The notes below the pieces were generated by a model. The model had not been told where the DNA came from. It saw nothing but the letters and a program-made list of their open reading frames with translations, and searched no databases. DNA of 57,510 nt, counting the filler, from Squatina squatina (taxonomy: Eukaryota), in assembly GCA_031763465.1 (NCBI GenBank). It is 4 parts of 4 records of this genome, joined end to end, with 100 filler letters (N's around TTAATTAATTAA, not from the genome) between each part and the next. Parts side by side here need not be neighbours in the genome. Positions count along the whole stretch, not along the records: positions 13,030 to 30,148 come from JARFOE010000046.1; 3 more parts are not named here. One strand, 5' to 3'. Shown here in pieces: positions 14,811 to 26,620 of the stretch. A program made the position numbers and the translations under genes. How positions within the stretch are numbered: position 1 is the first letter of the stretch; every line of letters begins with the position of its first letter.

Positions 14811-16948
14811 AAAGTCAGCAATTTTAAAAGGGTAATTTTGTTCATCAGTTGTACAAGCAAGTTTTCAGCATGTTTAATATATTGTGTTTGGAAGAAGTCC
14901 TTGTTCTAGGTGGCACATTTTTCAGCAGCTTGGCAGTTCTCTTGGGAATAGCCCTAAGTGCCCTCAAGCACTCAACCCTGCAAGAAAAATCCTAGCTCTA
15001 TTCTGAAGAAAGTGGCACTCAAAGGGATTATTCCTTTTGCTGCTTGATAATTTATCGGGTTATGTGCTGTGTTCAGNNNNNNNNNNNNNNNNNNNNNNNN
15101 NNNNNNNNNNNNNNNNNNNNNNNNNNNNNNNNNNNNNNNNNNNNNNNNNNNNNNNNNNNNNNNNNNNNNNNNNNNNTGAGGCTGAACCACACTGTTCACA
15201 ACCTTGGTGTCATATTTGACCCTGAAAAGCCTGCAGACAAGTCCAAGAAGGACGAGAAGGGAAAGTTGCCTTTGTCACAGTCACAAAGGATGTCATTTGT
15301 GCCTTTGATGATAGTGATTTTGGTACTGTGCAACTGTACCCCAGAATGAGTCGTTCCCTTCAAGAGGAGAGAAAATCGGGCAATTGCAGTTTACCCTTTT
15401 GCTTCCTTACACCAGCTGGTCTTTGACGTTTGGACACTAATGAGATGAATCAGATAGTGAGTTACTCTTATTATGCTATTTGAAGAATTGGGTCAGCTAA
15501 GACAGCTGGATTATGTATAGAAATTTTTTGCTCCTTATCACTTATCCATATTGACTAGTGTAACCAGTGAAGATCCTTTAATCCTGCACGGCAGGTAGGT
15601 TTAGGTTGTTGTCCACTTAAAAGATTAGGATAAATTAAATTGCAGAAGTTAGGGGTGGTAGCAGCAAGGACAAGGATAGGAGGATTACATATTTAAAAGT
15701 GGTGTGTTTTAATCAAGTGTAGATCCCTCTCTTAGCTGACACAAAAAAAAATCCAAATAAGATGGTAATATTATGCCTTGCAATACTAAGATTTTGCAAC
15801 ATTGTGCAATTTTTGTTTTTTTTGTTTTTTGAAGTACAAAANNNNNNNNNNNNNNNNNNNNNNNNNNNNNNNNNNNNNNNNNNNNNNNNNNNNNNNNNNN
15901 NNNNNNNNNNNNNNNNNNNNNNNNNNNNNNNNNNNNNNNNNACATGTCCAAAAGCATTATTTAATCTAAGTGTACAGGGTATGAATGTAACTAATATCCT
16001 AGGTGTTCAGTGGGTATGAAATAATTAATTTGATGCTTACATTTTGTTGAAGCTATTTTCTCTGTACTGAACTACATCTAACTTTAAATATTTTGGCATG
16101 CAGGGTAAGCAGGATAGTTATACAGTATTTTATTTAGTTTTTACTGATGTATCTTCAAAAAAACATTCCACTCACTGCTGTAGTATTGTACTTAAGTGGT
16201 GTGAAAATTAAAGAAAAGCTAAAAGTGATTGCAATCCCATTGAAAAATGGTAAGTTTCAGTTTGCTTACGAGTAAGATTCATGTGCTTGTGTTTTGGAGA
16301 AATCTCATTTGCAACATTGCCTCTTTTAAGTGCTAGAGGGAGCCCTGCTGTACATTCATGTTACAATTGTTCTGGCCAATTTGTGCTCTGCAGCTGCAGC
16401 TACACTGGTCGACTTGTAGTGGCTACTTGTGTGCTTCTGTCCATGCAACTGAATAGCAGTCTGTTTTGTGTGGAGTGGAGGATATGTAGGCTAAGTCCTA
16501 CCAGACCCATCCTTTTTTTTAGCCACTATAAGCAGTACAGGACTTGTGTGTCCCTTGTGCTTTTATAACTAATTGTTTGGAGACATCAAGTGAGAGAGGT
16601 CGTTGTGGCACCCGAGAGATGGTCACATTTTGAAATCCAGCCCTTTCCGCCCTCCCCCCCCCCCCCCACCACCCCCCCCCTTCTCTGGAGAGTTATGACA
16701 CAACCTGTCATCTGTCGACTAGTAACCAGTGAAAGGGAGAATCCCGCATTCACAGCTCACAAAGTAGGAGCCAGATGGTTTTGTTTTACTAGTGTTTGTA
16801 ATGAATTGTTAACCAGGCCCAGGGCCTGTACAAAAAAGGCTTCAAAGANNNNNNNNNNNNNNNNNNNNNNNNNNNNNNNNNNNNNNNNNNNNNNNNNNNN
16901 NNNNNNNNNNNNNNNNNNNNNNNNNNNNNNNNNNNNNNNNNNNNNNNN

Positions 16949-17215
16949 TGGCACATGGGAACACCATCACCTGCAAATTCCCCTCCAAGTTACACACTAT
17001 CCTGACTTGGAAATATAATCGGTCGGTCGTTCCTTCATCGTCGCTGCGTCAAAATTCTGGAACTCGGTCCCGAACAGCACTGTGGGGTTATCTTCACCAG
17101 ACGGACTGCAGCAGTTCAAGAAGGGGGCCCACCACCACCTTCTCAAGGGCAATTATGGATGGGCAATAAATGCTGGCCTTGACGGCGATGCCCAAATCCC
17201 AGGACGAATATAAAA
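16949..17215 (+). mobile_element. LINE family B (CR1/L2 group) 3' end
   Basis: GGGAACACCATCACCTGCAAATTCCCCTCCAAG...GGGCAATAAATGCTGGCCTTG; same sequence family at 28048, 33013 (-), about 34050 and 42375 (-). Confidence 0.8.
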
Positions 17216-17510
17216 GAAAACAATGAACAATCGTGTTGCATTTTACAACTTTATCAGTCGAGAACTCCAGGATTGAACGCTCATCGTGTGATGACAAAAT
17301 AAACTTTCTAAAAGTCTCAGTAACACTAATGGTGCAACTTTCACCCCTCTTTTATTTCTTTAAAAAAAACTTTCTCTGTGTGACAACAGATTACCAACAT
17401 GTTGGACTCTTACTGAACATTTTTAACAGACCATGTTCAATAATATTTTGCTGTTAAGTTGCCAAGCAACACACATTGCAACCGAAGTGGCCCCCTCCCT
17501 TTTTACATTA

Positions 17511-17528
17511 TGTGTGTGTGTGTGTGTG
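17511..17528. repeat. (TG)n microsatellite
   Basis: Run of TG dinucleotides. Confidence 0.9.
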
Positions 17529-18769
17529 AATCCTATAGTCCATAGTTACTCAGATTCCGTGTGATCCTGTACATCTCAATGCATCACAGTGATTGAATTC
17601 TTAACAGTAATGTTACGAATGGATGTGATTTTTAAAAATATCTCAGAACAGTTACTGAACAGAACAGAACGATGCATTAGGAAATTCCGTGGATGTTAAA
17701 TGCCTGATATAGTCCATAATCTCTCATCTATCCTTCACTCTCTTCAGTAGCCTAGAAGTTATTGTTGGCCATATTATCAGAGGGCGGAGGCTGCTCATGG
17801 GTCTGATGGTCCTCGGCGCATATTGCATCAGTATGCCATCGCTGTTTGTGGGATCTCGCTGTACGCACATTGGCTGCCAAGCTATCCTACTTTACCAACA
17901 GTGACTACATTTCATAAAAGTACTCCATTGGCTTTCTTTAACCCATTTGAACAAAGATTGAAACNNNNNNNNNNNNNNNNNNNNNNNNNNNNNNNNNNNN
18001 NNNNNNNNNNNNNNNNNNNNNNNNNNNNNNNNNNNNNNNNNNNNNNNNNNNNNNNNNNNNNNNNGACATCTATTTCAGAAAGTACTGGGGGAGGGAAAAA
18101 TAAAATGTCCCGCCACACACCTCAGATGATGAACGCTTGCTTTGCATTGACCTACTTGTAGCTCATGAATGAACTGCGTCTACCAGTGGTCAGTATATGT
18201 GCATTTTTGAAAACTGGAAGGGGAATTCAGCGAACAAAGGGTTAACGCGGTTGAAATTTTAATCGCTAACTTTTTTTCTCAGGAGAGGAACAATTAGAGG
18301 ACTCGGGCCATTGGTTGAATGAGGTCATTCCTGTGAAGGGTTTAGCCGAACCTAATGAAGGAAATCTCTCATTACCTGCTCTTCAATGCTGCCTGTCACT
18401 CCTCATTGCGAGGAATGTGTTAAACAAGCAAGACGATAGCAGTGCCCATTCAACGGGTGGGATTTAGTATGGAGTACTCACAGGTTCCTGTTACTCCCTG
18501 CTAGATGAAAGTGCTTTGCAAACTTTATGTTGCTAACTGGGCTGGTGGGGAAAGGTCAACATCGGGTCAGCCACTTCGACTTTCATTGCATTAGTTATTT
18601 CAATACTACCTCATAATTTGCAGGGTGGCTGACAGGCTAGATACCAATTGTACTGATTATTAATCATAANNNNNNNNNNNNNNNNNNNNNNNNNNNNNNN
18701 NNNNNNNNNNNNNNNNNNNNNNNNNNNNNNNNNNNNNNNNNNNNNNNNNNNNNNNNNNNNNNNNNNNNN

Positions 18770-18880
18770 AGCGAGTTCCACATTCTCACCACTCTCTGGG
18801 CAAAGAAGTTTCTCCTGAATTCCCGATTGGATTTATTAGTGACTATTTTATATTCATGGTCCCTAATTCTGGTCTCTGCC
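18770..18880 (-). mobile_element. CR1-like LINE fragment
   Basis: GAGTTCCACATTCTCACCACTCTCTGGGCAAAGAAGTTTCTCCTGAATTCC, the reverse of the CR1 RRNFFxQRVVRMWNS motif. Confidence 0.7.
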
Positions 18881-19534
18881 CAGCATTCCCCCCACCATCC
18901 CCATCACCCCACGAGTGGAAACAGCCTCCCTACGTGGACCCGACGTTTATTTTTGTTGTTTTAAAATCCCCTCGCTCTCGGACTTTTCAAAGTGGCCAAC
19001 GGAGGTCTGATCTATATGTGGCCTGGCACAAGCAACCGGATTCCCACTTCTGTGTCCGTAGCCTTTCGGGAATGTTGGGAGATGAGCTGCCCGGGGGAGG
19101 GTAGGTGGGGGGGTGAGGTAGCGATCAAGAGAGCACAGCTGGTGGGCTGCGTGTAATTTTCACCTTCTTGTTAATGACCTTGCGGAAGATTAGAGTGGCC
19201 TTGTCCATATGCCGATAGATTATGCCGGCGGGCAGCTGGTACTGCTGCTTGAGACCAGGGATGTTTTCATTAGGAGCTGACATGGGACTGCCCTAGCCAT
19301 CGTCAATTCTCCACTGTCAGGCCCTTGGAAAGAGGAAGACTTGCCGACGTGATTTATTGAAGGATCATCAATTTTTTTGTTCGCTGAAAATGAGTGCAGG
19401 CCTAGAAAGATTATCGCAGAACTATAGCTCAATTATGTGAGTGTGCTTTGCTCAGTCTGTCAAATCTTCATTTTAAAAAGTGAACCATCGTGTCGAGAGA
19501 GCGAGTAAATGGGATAATTCCTTTACCTCAATCC

Positions 19535-19660
19535 TAGGGTACCAGATATTTAGCACTAAAAACCAGGACAAAACTAACCTTCCACCGAGGGTGCCGCCAT
19601 CTTGGACTCACACCAGTCACCGCGCTGAGTCTGCGAATGCGCAGTCAGTTCTCTGTCGGG
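19535..19660 (+). mobile_element. hAT (Blackjack-like) transposon terminus
   Basis: Begins TAGGGTACCAGATATTT...AAAAACCAGGACA, near-identical to 21531 (TAGGGTGACCAGATATTT). TAGGGTGACC is the terminus I recall for hAT-Blackjack elements. Confidence 0.6.
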
Positions 19661-20107
19661 ACTGTGCGCGCGCAGTCAGGTCTCCGTCGGGACTGTGCGT
19701 GCGCAGTCAGGTCTCCGTCGGGACTGTGTACGCGCAGTCAGGTCTCCATCGGGACTGTGCACAGTCAGGTCTCCGTCGGGACTGTGCACGCGCACAGTCA
19801 GGTCTCCGTCGGGACTGTGCACAGTCAGGTCTCCATCGGGACTGTGTACGCGCAATCACGTCTCCATCGGGACTGTGCACAGTCAGGTCTCCGTCGGGAC
19901 TGTGCACGCGCAGTCAGGTCTCCATCGGGACTGTGCATGCGCAGTCAGGTCTCCGTCAGGATTGTGCACATTCAGGTCTCCATCGGGACTGTGTACGCAC
20001 AGTCAGGTCTCCATCAGGGCTGTGTGTGTGCAATCAGGTCTCCATTGGGACTGTGCACAGTCAGGTCTCCATCGGGACTGTGCGTGTGCAGTCAGGTCTC
20101 CGTCGGG
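19637..20107. repeat. Minisatellite, 25-31 bp unit (CAGTCAGGTCTCCRTCGGGACTGTG plus variable dinucleotides)
   Basis: Roughly 17 tandem units running into a gap; accounts for the long repetitive ORFs 19480-20504. Confidence 0.95.
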
Positions 20108-20208
20108 ANNNNNNNNNNNNNNNNNNNNNNNNNNNNNNNNNNNNNNNNNNNNNNNNNNNNNNNNNNNNNNNNNNNNNNNNNNNNNNNNNNNNNNNNNNNN
20201 NNNNNNNN

Positions 20209-20407
20209 AGTGCCATGGGGCATTTTACATCCACTTGAGAGAGCAGATGGGGCTTCAGTTTCACATCTCATCTGAAAGACAGCACCTCATTTCCTCAGCA
20301 CTGCAGTGTCAGCCTAGATTTATGTGCTCCAAGTCTCTGGAGTGGGACTTGAACCCACATGCTTCAGACTCAGAAGCAAGGGTGCTACCCACTAAGCCAC
20401 AGCTGTC
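20209..20407 (-). mobile_element. Deu-domain SINE, 5' half
   Basis: Reverse complement of the 2833 element (head ...GGGTGCTACCCACTAAGCCACAGCTG). Confidence 0.8.
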
Positions 20408-21182
20408 AATAAAGCAAAATGTCACTGTGATTGAATTAAACACACTGCTGTTTAAAGGAAGGTCCCCAATAAAGGGATGCCTTCATTCACCACATCCCCC
20501 TTAAGTAGAGTCAACCCTATTGAGAAGGAGCTGGTGTTTCCCAGCAGATGCAACACTGGGTGGAATGCCTTGCAAACAGCCTCAATCTCTTGTGCATGTG
20601 TGTGTGCGTGTGTGTGTGCATGCGTCTGTGCTAACTCCTTCAACAGAGTTCACTCTCGGCTCACCTTTCATTCCTCAGTCACTAGTTAGCAGCAGTCCCC
20701 TGTTTTTTGATTGTATTTATGGCCACTTAATCCGTGCCGCCAGCCAAGGATCAAATATATCTCCAAATATTGATCAGGTTTGGCCTCTGGGAAGTTCAGA
20801 CTAAAGAGGCCCTGGTCTTTGACCCTTAAATAGGAAATGAATTTCAATCCAATAGACTGACGAGGAGAGATTGGCTGCCTGGGCTGTTGGCAGCACAAGA
20901 AAATCAATGGACTGTGTTAATGATGCACAATTTATTGGGCTGTAGCCATTTTAATATTGTAATGAATGCTGGCCGCGATGGGAATGTACCATACTGTGTA
21001 CTCAGGGTACTGCAGTATATCAAAAAAATACAGCATCTGTCTTGATGCTTTTTAAATGCGTTTGTTTTTCATTTCTTTCTGGTTATTGTTCTTTATTTCT
21101 TTGGCTCTAAGCTGCAGGCCAGTGCTAGATTTATAAGTCTGAAAGGTGGGGGAGGGGGAGTGGGGGGGGGGGNNNNNNNNNN

Positions 21183-21520
21183 CTGGTGGAGGTCTTCAAG
21201 ACTATGAAAGGGTCGACATAGAGAAGAAGTTTCCATGTGTGTGGGAGAGCAGGACCAGTGGCCATAAGTATAAGATAGTCACTACTAAAGCCATTAGGGA
21301 ATGCAGGAGAAACTTCAGATTATGGTGAGAATGTGGAACTCGTTACCACAGTGCGTGGCTGAGGCATTTAAGGGGAAGCTAGATTAATACATGAGGGAGA
21401 GGGAAATAGAAGGATATCTTGATAGGGTGTGACGAAGAGGGGTGGTAGGAGGCTAATGTGGGGCATAAACACCAACCTGGGCCTATCGGGCCTTATGGCC
21501 TGCTTCTGTGCTGGAAATAC
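21183..21520 (+). mobile_element. CR1-like LINE 3' end (degenerate)
   Basis: VEVFK...GHKYKI...RRNF and AGAATGTGGAACTCG motifs, followed by a CR1-like terminal GGGCCTTATGGCCTGCTTCTGTGCTG. Confidence 0.75.
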
Positions 21521-21530
21521 TTTGTAGGTA

Positions 21531-21625
21531 TAGGGTGACCAGATATTTAAAACTAAAAACCAGGACAAAACTTACCGTCCAGTCTGCGCCTGCACGGTCA
21601 GTTCTCTGCCGGCACTGCACAATCA
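21531..21625 (+). mobile_element. hAT (Blackjack-like) transposon terminus, second copy
   Basis: TAGGGTGACCAGATATTTAAAACTAAAAACCAGGACAAAACT..., followed by one degenerate copy of the 19637 repeat unit. Confidence 0.6.
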
Positions 21626-22449
21626 GTTTTCCTTTCTCGCTTNNNNNNNNNNNNNNNNNNNNNNNNNNNNNNNNNNNNNNNNNNNNNNNNNNNNNNNNNN
21701 NNNNNNNNNNNNNNNNNNNNNNNNNNNNNNNNNNNNNNNNNNNNNNNNNNNNNNNNNNNNNNNNNNNNNNNNNNNNNNNNNNNNNNNNNNNNNNNNNNNN
21801 NNNNNNNNNNNNNNNNNNNNNNNNNNNNNNNNNNNNNNNNNNNNNNNNNNNNNNNNNNNNNNNNNNNNNNNNNNNNNNNNNNNNNNNNNNNNNNNNNNNN
21901 NNNNNNNNNNNNNNNNNNNNNNNNNNNNNNNNNNNNNNNNNNNNNNNNNNNNNNNNNNNNNNNNNNNNNNNNNNNNNNNNNNNNNNNNNNNNNNNNNNNN
22001 NNNNNNNNNNNNNNNNNNNNNNNNNNNNNNNNNNNNNNNNNNNNNNNNNNNNNNNNNNNNNNNNNNNNNNNNNNNNNNNNNNNNNNNNNNNNNNNNNNNN
22101 NNNNNNNNNNNNNNNNNNNNNNNNNNNNNNNNNNNNNNNNNNNNNNNNNNNNNNNNNNNNNNNNNNNNNNNNNNNNNNNNNNNNNNNNNNNNNNNNNNNN
22201 NNNNNNNNNNNNNNNNNNNNNNNNNNNNNNNNNNNNNNNNNNNNNNNNNNNNNNNNNNNNNNNNNNNNNNNNNNNNNNNNNNNNNNNNNNNNNNNNNNNN
22301 NNNNNNNNNNNNNNNNNNNNNNNNNNNNNNNNNNNNNNNNNNNNNNNNNNNNNNNNNNNNNNNNNNNNNNNNNNNNNNNNNNNNNNNNNNNNNNNNNNNN
22401 NNNNNNNNNNNNNNNNNNNNNNNNNNNNNNNNNNNTACACTTCTAACTT

Positions 22450-22535
22450 TTTCCAGCTCTGACGAAGGGTCATCGACCTGAAGCGCTAACTCTGTTTCTC
22501 TCCACAGAGGCTGAGTATTTCCAGCATTTGCTGTA
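22450..22535 (+). mobile_element. Penelope-like element terminal fragment with hammerhead-like motif
   Basis: CTGACGA-AGGGTCATCGACCT-GAAGCGCTAACTCTGTTTCTCTCCACAG...GAGTATTTCCAGCATT; related tail at 47865-47900. Confidence 0.6.
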
Positions 22536-23262
22536 GTTCTTTACAACAACGTGTAGCTATGAATTCTTAAGCAAAGAACCCATGAAGCAAACATGGCCCA
22601 AAGTATTTTGTCCCCTCTAGAGCCTCTGCAAATGACATCTTTTTAAAAATGGTTTTGAACTGTGGGCAATGACAAGGAAGCTTCTCCAGTGTTTGTATTG
22701 ATGGCACACAGGCCTTTCAGAAGAGACAGTTTCATATAAGTGCAGAGAACTTCGTTAAGTGGAAGAGAAATGAGCCTTGGTTAATTTTCTCGACATGCCC
22801 ACAATTTTTCGGCATTGCCTCGACAAGTGGCCTTGTCATTGACTGTTGCTCGCCTGACCAGCTTGGCCTTCTCCAAATGGGAACAGGCGGCAACGGGTAA
22901 TCTTCCAGCTTTTGCTCCTTGACCCTATGTTCAAAACTCCAGTCTGTGACCCGGTCTTAGTCTAATTTCTAAATGACAAGCTACAGCAGAGAGCTCACAG
23001 TCACGTGGCTGGAAAATAAAGCATGATTTATATTTACTGGAGTCTTACGTTTTATGTTAATGAACCTGGAGATTTATGGGAATAATTAGGGAATGTCTAC
23101 ATTACCATATAATCCAAGCTAAATGATGTTTAAAGATTATTTGCTTGCTGTGATGTTAAGAGAGCACTAACGATAACGATTTATAGGAAGTGATGTGGGA
23201 AATTTAAATATTTGCTTGGAATTATAGTTACCCCATTACATCAGTGGCTAATTGTGTAGTTC

Positions 23263-23412
23263 CATATAAAATTCTTAAGGGGCTTGACAAGGTTAATGCT
23301 GAGAAGATGTTTCCCCTGGCTGGGGAATTGAGGACATGGGGACACAGACTCAGAATAAGGGGTCGGCCATTTAGGACTGAGATGAGGAGAAATTTCTTCA
23401 CTCAGAGGGTGG
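23263..23412 (+). mobile_element. CR1/HER1-like LINE fragment
   Basis: YKILKGLDKVNAEKMFPLAGELRTWGHRLRIRGRPFRTEMRRNFFTQRV is a CR1 ORF2 C-terminus. Confidence 0.9.
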
Positions 23413-24228
23413 NNNNNNNNNNNNNNNNNNNNNNNNNNNNNNNNNNNNNNNNNNNNNNNNNNNNNNNNNNNNNNNNNNNNNNNNNNNNNNNNNNNNNNNN
23501 NNNNNNNNNNNNTGTTCAATCTGCAAGGCACATTTGGCAGAACTAGAAACCCAGTGATAACAGCAGATTACAGCCACCGTCTGCAGGAATGAAAGGGTTT
23601 TCCTTTATTTCTTTTCCTTCCCCCACCTGGAACCCTGAGGTTTCAGCAGGTGACACAAGAGGGGTTTAACATCCAATAATATCACTGTGCCACTGACTTC
23701 GAAACAATGTGCCTGTATTAACCTTTGCACTGACTTACGCAGTGGGATTTCCAAACTCATTACATCGGGATTAGGCCAGTTGCTTTGTTTATCTTCTGGT
23801 TGTAACTGAATTCGCTGCAAAAATTCACAAGTGGGCCAAGATGAACTCCCTGGCTCCCGAACAAAAGGAATCCAGTCACTCTAATTCTCTGGGCGAAAGT
23901 GCACAATGGATTGTAACCTTAACAAATTCGCCTTCTGTTTGCCCATTAAGGTGAAGGTTGAACATTCCATTCTGGAAGAAAGCACTCCTGGATCAGGTAC
24001 CACACAGTGAGCAAGAGACCTGGATCCCTCATTATTCTGATCCGACAACCTGTTTCTGGCTCCAGCGACCACTACCCGCCTCTCTCCGCCTGTGTGACCC
24101 TTCCATTCACCATGTCCCTGCCAGCTGAGACATTCATACTAGCTCCTAAAGTTGGCAAAGTCTGATGAACGAGTCTCGANNNNNNNNNNTGAGTTAGGTC
24201 GGCATTGCCAGAAACTCAGTGAACTGCT

Positions 24229-24325
24229 GTCAGTGAGAGGAAGTCCATCAGTGAGAGGAAGCCCGTCAGTGAGAGGAAGTCCGTCAGTGAGAGGAAGCCC
24301 GTCAGTGAGAGGAAGTCCGTCAGTG
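24229..24325. repeat. 18-bp tandem repeat (GTCAGTGAGAGGAAGYCC), about 5.4 copies
   Basis: Units visible directly; their ends alternate TCC/CCC. Confidence 0.95.
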
Positions 24326-24565
24326 GCCTGCAGTCAAACCGAGGTCCCAGTAGTGAAGGGACGAAACCTAGAACTGAAGGGAGGAATAAATCATCATCGC
24401 TCCTTTAGCATTTGTCTTTAGAACAGGGACCTATTCNNNNNNNNNNNNNNNNNNNNNNNNNNNNNNNNNNNNNNNNNNNNNNNNNNNNNNNNNNNNNNNN
24501 NNNNNNNNNNNNNNNNNNNNNNNNNNNNNNNNNNNNATACTTCGGTGAAGCTTTATGGATAATGT

Positions 24566-24880
24566 CGGAGGTGCTGTCTTTCGAATGAGACGTTAAACCG
24601 ACGTCTGCTCTCAGGTGACGTAAAAAATCCCTTGGTACTATTTCGAAGAAGAGCAGGGGAGTTATCCCCGGCCAATATTTATCCCTCAATCAACATCACT
24701 AAATAACAGATTAGCTGATCATTATGACATTGCTGTGTGTGGAAGCTTGCTGTGCGCAAATTGGTTGCCGAGTTTCTGACACTACAACAGTGGCTACACT
24801 TCAAAAAGTACTTCATTGGCTGTAAAGCACTTTGGGATGTCCGGTGGTCATGAAAGACGCTATAGAAATCCAAGTCTTTC
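24566..24880 (+). mobile_element. Deu-domain SINE, core and L2-like tail
   Basis: GGAGGTGCTGTCTTTCGAATGAGACGTTAAACCG...GAAGAAGAGCAGGGGAGTT...TGTAAAGCACTTTGGGATGTCC...GACGCTATAGAAATCCAAGTCTTTC, followed by a CT-rich tract to about 25020. Confidence 0.85.
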
Positions 24881-25339
24881 TTCCTTTTTCTTCTTTCTTT
24901 CTCTCTTACTCGCTTTCTTTCTCTCTCTTTATTTATCTTTCTTCCTATCTCTCTCTCTCACTCTCTTTTTTCTTTCTCTTGCTTTCTCTTTCCTCCCATC
25001 CTTTTTTCTTTTCTTTTACTTACTGATAAACAAATGTATTTGGCTGGACTCTGGCCTGGAGTTTGTTTGCTCTCCCGAGCTGAGATAAATCACCAGCAGA
25101 TCCATCGCCATGTGTCATGCAAGGATTTTGCATTCCTTACATCAGCGTAGACTTATAACACCTCTGAGTGTGTACTATCGACCATTTATCATCACACCGT
25201 CCCAGAATTATTCTAGTGTTGATTAAATTAGTAAGAGCAATCACAATCTCAAGCAAGTTAATTGAGAAGATGGATTTAGGCTTTGACATTTTAACGCATG
25301 CTTGATTAAGTGTTATAAGGTTTGTTTTTGATTTTCACC

Positions 25340-25962
25340 CCTCCTACCCCTATCTGCTCTGTCCTGCCCTCTCCACTGTCTCCTGCCCTCTCTGCTCTCT
25401 CATGCACTCTCCATTATCTCCTGCCGTCTCCTCTCTCTCCTGCCCTCTCTGCTCTCTCATGCCCTCTCTGCTCTCCCATGCACTCTCCATTATCTCCTAC
25501 CCCTCTCCACTCTGTCCTGCCCTCTCCGCTGTCTCCTGGCCTCTCCGCTCTCTCCTGGCCTCTCCGCTGTCTCCGGCCCTCTCCGCTGTCTCCTGCCCTC
25601 TCCGCTCTCTCCTGTCTCCTGCCCTCTCCGCTGTCTCCTGGCCTCTCCGCTCTCTCCTGGCCTCTCCGCTGTCTCCTGCCCTCTCCGCTGTCTCCTGCTC
25701 TGTCTGCTCTCTCCTGCCATCTCTGTTCTGTCCTGCCCTCTCTGTTCTGTCCTGCCCTCTCCGCTCTCTCCTGCACTCTCCGCTCTCTCCTGCTCTCTCC
25801 GCACTCTGCTTCCCTCTCTGCTCTCTCCTGCTCTCTCCGCTCTCTCCGTCCCTCTCTGCTCTCTCCTGCTCTCTCCGCTGTCTCCGACCCCTCTCCGCTC
25901 TCTCCTGCCCTCTCCGCTCTCTCTTGCCCCCTCCACTCTCTCCTGCCCTCTCCATTATCTCC
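25340..25962. repeat. Pyrimidine-rich minisatellite, about 19 bp unit (CTCTCCGCTGTCTCCTGCC)
   Basis: Degenerate tandem array running into a gap; source of several low-complexity ORFs. Confidence 0.9.
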
Positions 25963-26465
25963 NNNNNNNNNNNNNNNNNNNNNNNNNNNNNNNNNNNNNN
26001 NNNNNNNNNNNNNNNNNNNNNNNNNNNNNNNNNNNNNNNNNNNNNNNNNNNNNNNNNNNNNNAAGGGGGTGGGGGGGTGGGAAGTGTACAAGAACAGTCT
26101 GATCTTGATCTGGGAATGTTGCACCTATACGCAAAGAATTCCCTTGTGCACATGATAGTGAAGTTCTGCCATTGTCCACAATATATGCCCGAGCACAAGT
26201 CAGCATCTTAAGGAAAGGAGGGGAGAATGGTGGAAAACCAATGGTAGAATTTAATAATGCTCCTGTGCTTGTGTTGTTTTCTCGATGTGATTTCATCTTT
26301 TGCTTTTCTCTTGCAGGAATAATCTTCAGAAGATCATAGGCAGCTGATGACCAGGAAACATTGGGGAGTTGCTGACCAGTGACAGACGATGATTTGTTTG
26401 TTGTTAGCAAAGTCACTTATCCTGGGGCTCCAGTCACCGAGGGGACATTGCAGCAAGCTGCCTTG

Positions 26466-26620
26466 ATGCCTGTAATCCCAATCCCCCGCCGGGTGCGTTC
26501 CTTCCACGGCCCCCACACTACCTGTCTGCACTCAGCATGTGGCCCTGTACGGACGACGCACCTTGTCCGGACCAAGTACAACAACTTTGACCATTACTTG
26601 AAATCGCGCTGGATGTATGG
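26466..26620 (+). CDS. TMEM250: Transmembrane protein 250 (C9orf69), N-terminal part, truncated by gap
   Basis: ATG at 26466 gives MPVIPIPRRVRSFHGPHTTCLHSACGPVRTTHLVRTKYNNFDHYLKSRWMY, matching the recalled human TMEM250 N-terminus. Polypyrimidine tract and AG acceptor at 26315-26316 give a 5' UTR portion from 26317. Confidence 0.9.

Noticed and set aside
19637-20107. CRISPR-like array of palindromic repeats of about 25-30 bp
   Set aside because: Units are separated only by 0-6 bp of dinucleotides, with no unique spacers and no cas genes, in a vertebrate context. It is a minisatellite.
1034-22473. Numerous X-filled ORFs (e.g. 1055, 4707, 21508)
   Set aside because: Open only because N gaps contain no stop codons.
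23951-23996. Possible 46-bp exon VKVEHSILEESTPGS
   Set aside because: AG/GT are present, but the splice signals are weak and there is no recognisable homology.
25322-26211. Long overlapping ORFs on both strands
   Set aside because: Translation of a stop-poor pyrimidine/purine minisatellite plus N runs.
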